54,796 nt of DNA from Octopus bimaculoides (lineage: Eukaryota), in contig NC_069001.1 in assembly GCF_001194135.2 (NCBI RefSeq), forward strand, positions 1,012,500 to 1,067,295, in the 5' to 3' direction. Positions 39,016 to 49,663 of the stretch are shown piece after piece (position 1 is the stretch's first letter; the number at the start of each line of letters is the position of its first letter). The translations under genes and the position numbers were made by a program. The notes under the pieces are model-generated. The model made no database searches, was not told where the DNA came from, and saw nothing but the letters and a program-made list of their open reading frames with translations.

Positions 39016-39599
39016 CTTGCGCAGAAAGGGTACAAGCGCAGACACAACAAGGTAGCCCAAAATCTGCACTGGCTGCTATGTGAAAAGTATGGATATGAGG
39101 TAACAGGTGTTTGGTCCCTACGCCAGAAAAGGTAATGGACGGAAACAGGAAGGAAAAGATCCTCTGGGACTTTGACTTCCAGACAGACAAGGTGTTAGGG
39201 CACCAAAGGCCGGATATAGTAACCTTTAGGAAGGACAAACAAGGGTGCCTTATAATCGATGTGGCAGAGCCGGGGGGGGTCAACATATTATCATGAAAGA
39301 AAAGGTTGATAAATATGGAGACCTGAGAATTGAGATCTCCAAGATGAAGCAGCCGCAAGAGTCAAGCATAAAGGTTGTTCCTATTGTCATTGGAACGTTG
39401 GGTTCAATACCAGCCAACTTGAAGAAACATCTGGACGCTTTAGAAATACCCTTACATATTGTGTAAAAGCACTGTCAGTCAGAGGTCCTTGTGACTTGAC
39501 AGACAGTACAAACCCTGCCGGTACACACAACATCTTCAATCGACAACATCACAATATTAGATACTGCACAACAGTTTCAATAATAATAATAATAATAAT
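39016..39599 (+). mobile_element. 5'-truncated R4/Dong-like non-LTR retrotransposon, RLE endonuclease C-terminus plus 3' UTR and (AAT)7 tail
   Basis: Across two frameshifts: LAQKGYKRRHNKVAQNLHWLLCEKYG / PEKVMDGNRKEKILWDFDFQTDKVLGHQRPDIVTFRKDKQGCLIIDVAEP / KEKVDKYGDLRIEISKM...VVPIVIGTLG. This is the PD-(D/E)xK restriction-like endonuclease pattern (RHN, WD, RPD, IIDVA.P, K..KY..L) of R4/Dong elements. Ends in AAT repeats at 39579-39599. Confidence 0.85.
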
Positions 39600-39616
39600 G
39601 ACGATAAACAACTTAC

Positions 39617-39780
39617 CAATGTTAGCAATAATCCAATAGATTCCAGGATCAATTCTTGGTGACCAACCTTGGTGACGTTGAGTTTCTCCAGGTCAAAATT
39701 GGACATCATGAACAATTTCTTACCATCAATGCCACTGTTTAAGAAATACTGGACATATGGTAGAACAACATCATCCAGAC
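39617..39780 (-). CDS. cnk: CNK-family scaffold, SAM-domain exon (first visible exon, 164 bp, phase 1 to 0)
   Basis: Acceptor ttgttttcag|GT, donor TTG|gtaagt. Translates (G)LDDVVLPYVQYFLNSGIDGKKLFMMSNFDLEKLNVTKVGHQELILESIGLLLTL, matching the CNK SAM pattern (GLDD..L..Y...F....I.G..L......L..L.V...GHQELILE). Confidence 0.93.
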
Positions 39781-39949
39781 CTGAAAACAAATGGTAGAGG
39801 AGGGAAGTCATTAAAATAATGGTTTCCAATTTAGGAATGAAGCTAGCAATTTTGAAGGGAGGGGCATTAGTCAATAGCACCAATCGATCCAAATGCGAGT
39901 TGGAATCTGAAACATGGAAACTCAATAACGATAATAACAATAATAATAA

Positions 39950-40341
39950 TCCTTTCTACTAAGGGCACAAGTCCTGAAATTTAGGGGGAGGGGGTTAAGT
40001 CACTTAAATCGACCCCAGTACGCAACTGGTACTTAATTTATCGACCTCGAAACGATGAAAGGTAAAGTCAACCTCGGCAGAATTTGAACTCAGATCGCAA
40101 AGACAGACAAAGTGCCACCAAGCATTTTGCCCAGCATATAATAATGATGATTTCAAATTTTGGCACAAGGCCAGCAATTTTAGGGGATTATATCAACCCC
40201 ATTGCTCAACTGGTACTTATCTCATCAACCCTGAAAAAATGAAAGGCAAAGTTGACCTCAGCAGAATTTGAACAAAGAATGATAAAAGCCAGAAAAATAT
40301 AATAAACATTCCGTCCATCATGCTAACGATTCTGCCAACTC

Positions 40342-40377
<36 letters not shown>

Positions 40378-40560
40378 GTTCTCTGATTTTGGCACAAGAC
40401 CAACAAATTTGGAAGGAAGAGTTAGTTGATGACATCAACTCCAGTTCTTGATTGGTTCTTAAATGTATCGGTCTTGAAAAGATGAACGGTAAAACTGACC
40501 TCAGAACTTGGAATATAAAAAACCAGAATATCACAAGGCATTTTATCCAATGCTCCACCG
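39950..40560 (-). mobile_element. Tandem cluster of 3 SINE family B copies (tRNA head + Meta-like domain) separated by AAT-type repeats
   Basis: Each copy has the reverse complement of GAGTTCAAATT..GCCGAGGT.GACTTT.CCTTTCATC.TTT.GGGGTCGATAAA.TAAGTACCAG and a GGCCTTGTGCC tail. The central motif resembles the MetaSINE domain (from recollection). Confidence 0.75.
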
Positions 40561-42199
40561 ATTATATGAACTACTACAACCATAATACAATTTTTATGCA
40601 CAAGAAAATATTTTTTGTGTCAGGGGAAGTGAAATGAAAGAGAGAGAGAGAGATGGGGGTGGTGGGTAAAGAATAAAAGACAAAGAAATAGAAAGCAGGA
40701 AAGAAAAGGAAAAGAAGAACAAAGACAAAAACAGAGAAAAAAACAAAGAAAAAGAGAAAAAAGAAAGGATTTTGGAAATTTGTAAAGAAAGATCAAGAAA
40801 GAAGGTTAGTTCTATCATTTTGGTTTCTTGCAGACATAGGAAGATGCTAGGGTGAGAGTGGGATGGTTGGTGGGGGAGGGGGTTTGCTGGAAGGAAGTAG
40901 AGACGTGAAAGGTCAAAGCTGAAAAGGTCATCGACTAAACTGGACTGAGACAACCTTAACAGGTTTGAGAAAGGTTTTGGTTGCATTAGGAACAGAGTTT
41001 CCACTCTTGGTCAATGAGTACACACACACACACACACACACAGAAACAAGTACACATACTTACACACAATCTTGTGTGTGTGTATGCATGTATTTATGTC
41101 TGTATTATTGATGTGTGTGTGCTTATGTGTTTACATGTATGTATATATACAGGGTGTGATGAATAAACTGCTGTCTAAATTTCATCAAAATTGAAAATAA
41201 CACTGACCTCTCATTTTAACAGATAGATTTACCAAAATTACAGAAAAACATCTTGAAAGACTAAAGAGTATATAAACTGGTTTGAGGGGAAGCATTGTAT
41301 GAATGAGGGTAGCTTGAGGTTAGGCTAAACAAAGGGACAACAGTTCAACGACTGAAACGAATGACATAACAATAACAACGAAGTTTGTCGTACAACAACA
41401 ACATTGCAACTGCCATTGTAAAAATTTCCTTTATTCATGCAAGAAATCTCCTTCTCTTCCTCCTCCCCCGGGAACTATAACAGGGTCTCAATGAGCTGAG
41501 TTCTTTAGGAAAACAATGTCAACAGTAAACAAGTGACAAAAGGAAGTGATATCTCTCTCATGTGGTTGATAACGGCCTTTCCCCCACCCACCATAAGTGG
41601 CTGGGTAATCTTCAATGGCAATTTTATAATCTTCCTGCTTGAGAGATATATATATATATAGATATACACATTCACACTCATATATACACACACACTCATA
41701 TGCACGCACAGGTGCACACAAATGCATACATACACTTGCACACACACATATACATACACCCATGCACATATACACATTCACAGACACACATTTGTATATA
41801 GTTTTATTTTTTGAAACCATATTTAGAAGCGTGAGAAGTTGCCAACAATGCAGATTTAATCATCATCATCATCATCATTATTATTATTATTAGTAGTAGT
41901 TAGTATATGAAGTGACACATATCAATATTTTGGGTGCGTAGCTCTTAGATATGGTAGAACAAGAACAGAAAGAAATAATCATCATTGTACTGTACCCTTA
42001 GCCATGCTAGTATGGGTTTGATGGAGTCTATCGAGGCAAATTCTCTATAGCTTCATGCCTTGGCTGTCACCAACCCTTGCCTGTTCCCAAGCAAAGTGAT
42101 TTCTTTTTTTCCCCATGACCAGACAGGTTTTTGTGGACTACTGGAAATGAATGAATAGTTTGTGAGACAGTGACAAGTATTGACATGATGTCAAGACAC

Positions 42200-42250
<51 letters not shown>

Positions 42251-43021
42251 NNNNNNNNNNNNNNNNNNNNNNNNNNNNNNNNNNNNNNNNNNNNNNNNNN
42301 NNNNNNNNNNNNNNNNNNNNNNNNNNNNNNNNNNNNNNNNNNNNNNNNNNNNNNNNNNNNNNNNNNNNNNNNNNNNNNNNNNNNNNNNNNNNNNNNNNNN
42401 NNNNNNNNNNNNNNNNNNNNNNNNNNNNNNNNNNNNNNNNNNNNNNNNNNNNNNNNNNNNNNNNNNNNNNNNNNNNNNNNNNNNNNNNNNNNNNNNNNNN
42501 NNNNNNNNNNNNNNNNNNNNNNNNNNNNNNNNNNNNNNNNNNNNNNNNNNNNNNNNNNNNNNNNNNNNNNNNNNNNNNNNNNNNNNNNNNNNNNNNNNNN
42601 NNNNNNNNNNNNNNNNNNNNNNNNNNNNNNNNNNNNNNNNNNNNNNNNNNNNNNNNNNNNNNNNNNNNNNNNNNNNNNNNNNNNNNNNNNNNNNNNNNNN
42701 NNNNNNNNNNNNNNNNNNNNNNNNNNNNNNNNNNNNNNNNNNNNNNNNNNNNNNNNNNNNNNNNNNNNNNNNNNNNNNNNNNNNNNNNNNNNNNNNNNNN
42801 NNNNNNNNNNNNNNNNNNNNNNNNNNNNNNNNNNNNNNNNNNNNNNNNNNNNNNNNNNNNNNNNNNNNNNNNNNNNNNNNNNNNNNNNNNNNNNNNNNNN
42901 NNNNNNNNNNNNNNNNNNNNNNNNNNNNNNNNNNNNNNNNNNNNNNNNNNNNNNNNNNNNNNNNNNNNNNNNNNNNNNNNNNNNNNNNNNNNNNNNNNNN
43001 NNNNNNNNNNNNNNNNNNNNN

Positions 43022-43095
<74 letters not shown>

Positions 43096-44004
43096 CACAC
43101 ATGTCTGTGCATGTTTGAGGCTTAAACAGACCAAAATAATTCAAACCACATTTATCCTTCTAGCTACAACTTAACAAACAAAGCAGTCAACAGTGGAATC
43201 GGTAGAGCATCAGACAATATCATTGTTGTTGATGTTGTTATGGCAGTCATAGACAGGTTGATGACAAATGGGTTAACGTCCATTTTTCCATGCTTGCATG
43301 GGTTGGACGGAATTTGACGAGGCAGATTTTCAACAGCTGAAGGTCTTTCCTTTTAAGTAAAGCAAATAACTCACCATGTCTTCAACCTTTACAATTATTA
43401 TATGTAGTGAAGGCAGGAGATGCTAACTCAACCCCTCACACACACACACACATGTATGCACAAATATCCACTACCAACCTCATGCACCCATGCAGTGCAG
43501 ACACACACCTACAAACATACAGAGTTATATGAAGAGTCCCGTGCAGTTTCTATTTCCATCTACCAAATCCATCCACAAGGCCATGATCAACCCAGGGTTA
43601 TAGCAGAAGACATTTTCCCAAGAATGCCTGTGTCATCATGGAGACCGAAAGAAAAGACACCTACACAGAACCCTAGAGTTCCATACCACCATCCCATTCA
43701 GTTAATTAATACTAAACACAATAAAACTAATTAACTCACTCCACTGGCCTCATTCCTCATGCACACACATTTGGCTCTGAACACAATCTGTTAATTATAT
43801 GTTTGAAAACATCTTTGCACCTAATAACTCTCGTTTGTGTTTTGCATCCAAGCCCTGGCATGGTCATGTGACTGAGAACATCCCTTCCAAACTACAAGTT
43901 TACAGGTTCAGTCCTACAACATGGCACTTTGGGCAAGAGTCTTCTATTATAGGCCCCACATCACCCAGAGCCTTGTGGGTGGTGGATTCAGTAAATGATG
44001 ATGA

Positions 44005-44038
<34 letters not shown>

Positions 44039-45149
44039 TCATCCTTTAACATCCATTTTCCATGCTGGCATGGGTTGGACGGTTCAACTGAAAACTGTTA
44101 AACCAGGGAGCTGCAATAATATTTAGCAGAAATAACAGAGTGACTCAAAGAACAAAAGTTTTTTTTTTGTGTGTGTGTGTGTGTGTGTGTGTGCCTTCTT
44201 TTCTTGACACCTTGTTATAGTTGTAAACAAGTTTCACTACACAACAGGTGTCATTTTGTTTCCAACATTCTTTGGAAACACGTCCAGTCATGGGGAGACA
44301 GGTGATGCNNNNNNNNNNNNNNNNNNNNNNNNNNNNNNNNNNNNNNNNNNNNNNNNNNNNNNNNNNNNNNNNNNNNNNNNNNNNNNNNNNNNNNNNNNNN
44401 NNNNNNNNNNNNNNNNNNNNNNNNNNNNNNNNNNNNNNNNNNNNNNNNNNNNNNNNNNNNNNNNNNNNNNNNNNNNNNNNNNNNNNNNNNNNNNNNNNNN
44501 NNNNNNNNNNNNNNNNNNNNNNNNNNNNNNNNNNNNNNNNNNNNNNNNNNNNNNNNNNNNNNNNNNNNNNNNNNNNNNNNNNNNNNNNNNNNNNNNNNNN
44601 NNNNNNNNNNNNNNNNNNNNNNNNNNNNNNNNNNNNNNNNNNNNNNNNNNNNNNNNNNNNNNNNNNNNNNNNNNNNNNNNNNNNNNNNNNNNNNNNNNNN
44701 NNNNNNNNNNNNNNNNNNNNNNNNNNNNNNNNNNNNNNNNNNNNNNNNNNNNNNNNNNNNNNNNNNNNNNNNNNNNNNNNNNNNNNNNNNNNNNNNNNNN
44801 NNNNNNNNNNNNNNNNNNNNNNNNNNNNNNNNNNNNNNNNNNNNNNNNNNNNNNNNNNNNNNNNNNNNNNNNNNNNNNNNNNNNNNNNNNNNNNNNNNNN
44901 NNNNNNNNNNNNNNNNNNNNNNNNNNNNNNNNNNNNNNNNNNNNNNNNNNNNNNNNNNNNNNNNNNNNNNNNNNNNNNNNNNNNNNNNNNNNNNNNNNNN
45001 NNNNNNNNNNNNNNNNNNNNNNNNNNNNNNNNNNNNNNNNNNNNNNNNNNNNNNNNNNNNNNNNNNNNNNNNNNNNNNNNNNNNNNNNNNNNNNNNNNNN
45101 NNNNNNNNNNNNNNNNNNNNNNNNNNNTAATAATAATAATAATAATTAA

Positions 45150-45357
45150 CCTTTTCTACTATAGGAACAAAGCCTAAAATTTGTTGGGGGTGGATAAGTC
45201 AATTACATTGACCCCAGTTTTCAACTGCTATTTTATTGACCCCAAAAGGATGAAAGGCAAAGTCGACTTCAGTAGAATTTGAACTCAGAACGTAAACACA
45301 GATAAAATGCTGCTAAGCATTTTGTCTAGCATGCTAACGATTCAGCCAACTCACTGC

Positions 45358-45394
<37 letters not shown>

Positions 45395-45520
45395 GTTTCA
45401 CATTTTGGCGGAGGGCCAGTAGTTTTTGTGGGGAAGGTTGATTACATCAACCACAGACTTGAATGGTGCTTATTTTATTGACCTCAAAAAGCAAAGTTGA
45501 CCTCGGTAGAATTTGAACTT
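45150..45520 (-). mobile_element. Two tandem SINE family B copies
   Basis: GACCCCAAAAGGATGAAAGGCAAAGTCGACTTCAGTAGAATTTGAACTC, then (AAT)n, then a second copy ending GCAAAGTTGACCTCGGTAGAATTTGAACT. Confidence 0.75.
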
Positions 45521-45567
45521 CCTTTGTGGAACACCAGGGGTCTGTGGACCCACATTGGGAACCACTG
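45520..45567. mobile_element. hAT (Charlie-like) terminal fragment
   Basis: TTGGGAACCACTG at 45555-45567 is the reverse complement of CAGTGGTTCCCAA, a common hAT TIR, with a GGGGTCTGTGGACCC subterminal motif and TA-containing flank. No partner end seen. Confidence 0.45.
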
Positions 45568-47270
45568 TTATATGGTTATGTGATACATCTCTCCTTACAG
45601 AGGAGGAACAATCAACGATTACGAGAACAATAGATTGGAATTTAAATCCTAATCTTTACAGAAATTTATTGTTTCAAGAAAACATTGAATTTGAATTACT
45701 TTTAATTTCTACGATTATAACAACTCGGGCTGTAATTTCTGAGCCCGAGTCAGACGCGTGTGAAAGATGTCGGGAGAACGTCTGTTATGAATGATATTGA
45801 GACAGGGCACCTCTAAGACACTAAACGAAAATAAATGAACTGTGACCAGGCTCAATAAAACGATCCCGAGTTATTGGCTGAAATTACATACTTGAAGTCA
45901 GTGGTGGCAGAAATTAAATCAACTTCCAAATGCACATTCACTTTACTAAATTTACACTCGGGCTAAACCTGAACAAACCAATTGCTGGATATATATATGT
46001 ATATATATACATTACATACATCTCTGAGTGAATGCTTGTCTGTCTGAGTGAATGTTTGTGAGTGTGTGTGTGTATGTTTGTGTCTTCACATCACATGACA
46101 ATTGTAAATAATATGTGACTGTTGTACAAGGACACATTACATACCATCATGTCTAATTTTGTTTTTCAATTCAAAGGTGGGGGGAAAATCCCACTCAATG
46201 AAATATTACATAAAGAAACCTTCATTTCATTGTAATAAGTAGGAAGAGAAACAAAAAAAAAGTTAGTGCCCCACCCCATCTGACCTCTCGTCTCTACTCA
46301 CATATCAAAAATTCCACCAGCAGCCATAAAAATTCCACCAGCAGCCATAACGGTCTATTTTTTGTTTTGCTTTGGGATTTTGTTGTTGTTGTTGTTTTGG
46401 CTATTAACCATGGTGTGTCCAAGTGGCTCTTTGTCCCAATATGTCCTTCCACCACCAACTTTTGTTTTTAAGATGTTAGGATCTGATTTGAAGGAGATTT
46501 GGCTGCTGTTTCTAGCAGGTCGAGTAACCATGTGGAGTAAAGTGCAATGATTAGGCAGATAGAATGATAGATCATAGATGGGGTACATCAAGTGATAGAC
46601 GGGGAGGTGTAGGGACCAGGGAGGTAAAAGGCGCATGCTTGCACACACACACACAAAGCTATACCACTGGAGGGATGTAATTATATTCAACCCCACATAA
46701 TTGGAAGTAATAGTTGGTTAACCCTAGGCCAGCCCTAACCAAACAGATTAATAATCAACTGCATTCCAGTCATGACCATCCCATCCTTTTTCTTATATAC
46801 AAAGAACCCTGGACCACATTATTCAACAAGTTCTTTTTAAGACAGTGGAGTATAATTTGTGGGAGATTTAGCTGCTATTTTTAGCACGTCACATAACCAC
46901 AAAGTGGTTTCTTAGCTGATTCAAGAAACTGGTGGCTAATGAAGATAACTGTGATAGAAGTAAACAGAGTAAGGTGTCAATATGAGGCAGTGAGATTTGA
47001 TCTTGGGACAGCCAGGACTCCTCATGATGACAGGACAATATTTCCCCACTACCAAATATCCTTTTTGTGGGGGAAACCAATGACACTCCTTGTACGACAG
47101 TCACATATTTACAATTGTCATGTGACGTGAAGACACAAACACACATACACACACACAAACATTCACTCAGAGACAGACAGACATTCATTCAGACATTCAG
47201 ACAGACATTGACACAGAAAAACTTCTTAACAACACAACCATGCTTGCACCATTCTTAACTATACAATGTA

Positions 47271-47327
<57 letters not shown>

Positions 47328-48025
47328 NNNNNNNNNNNNNNNNNNNNNNNNNNNNNNNNNNNNNNNNNNNNNNNNNNNNNNNNNNNNNNNNNNNNNNNNN
47401 NNNNNNNNNNNNNNNNNNNNNNNNNNNNNNNNNNNNNNNNNNNNNNNNNNNNNNNNNNNNNNNNNNNNNNNNNNNNNNNNNNNNNNNNNNNNNNNNNNNN
47501 NNNNNNNNNNNNNNNNNNNNNNNNNNNNNNNNNNNNNNNNNNNNNNNNNNNNNNNNNNNNNNNNNNNNNNNNNNNNNNNNNNNNNNNNNNNNNNNNNNNN
47601 NNNNNNNNNNNNNNNNNNNNNNNNNNNNNNNNNNNNNNNNNNNNNNNNNNNNNNNNNNNNNNNNNNNNNNNNNNNNNNNNNNNNNNNNNNNNNNNNNNNN
47701 NNNNNNNNNNNNNNNNNNNNNNNNNNNNNNNNNNNNNNNNNNNNNNNNNNNNNNNNNNNNNNNNNNNNNNNNNNNNNNNNNNNNNNNNNNNNNNNNNNNN
47801 NNNNNNNNNNNNNNNNNNNNNNNNNNNNNNNNNNNNNNNNNNNNNNNNNNNNNNNNNNNNNNNNNNNNNNNNNNNNNNNNNNNNNNNNNNNNNNNNNNNN
47901 NNNNNNNNNNNNNNNNNNNNNNNNNNNNNNNNNNNNNNNNNNNNNNNNNNNNNNNNNNNNNNNNNNNNNNNNNNNNNNNNNNNNNNNNNNNNNNNNNNNN
48001 NNNNNNNNNNNNNNNNNNNNNNNNN

Positions 48026-48081
<56 letters not shown>

Positions 48082-48417
48082 ATGAGATAGGGAACAGGAG
48101 AAAGAAAGAGAAGAAATGGATTGAGAGGAAGATAAGTGCAAGAAAAGAGTGAAGGAGATAAAGACCTTTGATAGAGGAGGAGATTTCTAAGATTATGCGA
48201 GAACCAGAATACAGGTAAAAGAAAATGAGAAAAGGATAAGAATGCAAAAATGCAGGGTGGTTGATTCACCATTTAATTGGATTCCTACACATCAATACCA
48301 TTGCTGGTGTTATTACTGGATGTATCTTTGTCCAAGATTATGCTAACTGTAAATAGATGCCACATTACACCGAGCAGTGTATAAGTACCATGAGGAGGAC
48401 AAGAAAATTTGCCTCTA

Positions 48418-48850
48418 GTAGTGTGGTTAAGATGCTTGGTTCCCAACCATGAGGTCTTGAGTTCAGTTTCACTGTGCAGCACCTTTGGCAAGTGTTTCTG
48501 CTACAGCCCTGATCTGATCAAGCCTTATGAGTGGATTTGGTAGAGGGAAACTAAAAGAAGCCTGTCATACATATTCACAGAACTATAACTATATATCCTC
48601 TTTTATAGGATTATTATTATCGTTCTTTTTCCTTCTCTGTTAACAGTTTTACTTCCACATGCTAAGTGACACATGGTGTAGGTTATTTTACATCCCACTA
48701 ACTTAGCAGAACAGCAAAAGAGTCTGACACAGTAAGAACCAAACATTAAAAAAAAAAAAAAAGTACATGGGTTGATTTGTTCAGTTAATCCCTTCCTGGA
48801 AATGCCCCAGCATGGCCACAGTCCAATGACTGAAACAAGATGAAAACAAT
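48418..48850 (+). mobile_element. SINE family A, near full length
   Basis: GTGTGGTTAAGATGCTTGGTTCCCAACC head through the CATGGCCACAGTCCAATGACTGAAACAAG tail. A reversed partial copy follows at about 48900-49020. Confidence 0.8.
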
Positions 48851-49439
48851 ACCAAGACAGAGACATACAAACATTGACATACATAACAACATGTAGACAC
48901 ACACACTTCATTTCTGCCAACCAGAAGCTTTAGCAGAAGACATTTGGCCAAAGTGCTGTGCAACAGCACTTTGGCCAAAGACCACATGGTTGGCAAGCAA
49001 GCTTCTTAATCTCTCAGCCTCACCTGCAGCTTGAATTCAGAAAAAAGCAGTGGTCATTATGAGCAAACAAGGAGAAGACACAGCCAGACTTGAACCAGTA
49101 AACACAGAATGTTTGGTGAATGAATCATTTGGTGGGTTTGTACATTGTAACAGCCACACTGGCCTAGATACACATGTACAGTATTTCAATGTGGGTCATA
49201 CTAAAGCTTTGTAGAAAAATCAGTTCTTTTTGATGACAAGGTTTTTCTTCAAGGTCAAACCACACTGAGCAAAAGTTGTGATCAAAGGCGTTTCAACTGT
49301 AACCGTCCCATCTTAATTTCAGGCTGTTTCTTAATTTCAAAAGTCCTCAGTATAAATAACTTTCAGCTGCATCCAATAGTGGTGTCCCATGTTTGGGAAT
49401 TCCAGGGTCTTGAGGAATGTGGAATCACCTCTTAACTGC

Positions 49440-49663
49440 TATTGTCCCCAAGTCTGTCTGACCTGGAATATTAGTAGCATGTATAGGCCCTCAATTGGAT
49501 TCATGTCAGGTGAATTTCCTGACCATGGAAGTATATTAACAGCATTTTCAGCGAACCATGTCTTTAGCTTCTTTGCAATTTCTCCCTGTATAACTGAGGC
49601 ATCCCTCAAATACACTTTTATTTGTCTAATTTTATGGGGACTAAGATCTCTTTGTTTACCCAT
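49440..49663 (-). mobile_element. Internally deleted Tc1-family transposase remnant
   Basis: MGKQRDLSPHKIRQIKVYLRDASVIQGEIAKKLK (Tc1 N-terminal HTH start) is fused in frame to TWFAENAVNILPWSGNSPDMNPIE (Tc1 W..SPDLNPIE catalytic motif). Element ends not defined; the flank runs into the gap at 50304. Confidence 0.8.

Noticed and set aside
41148-41200. TA-CAGGGTG start resembling a Tc1/mariner MITE TIR
   Set aside because: No inverted partner end found.
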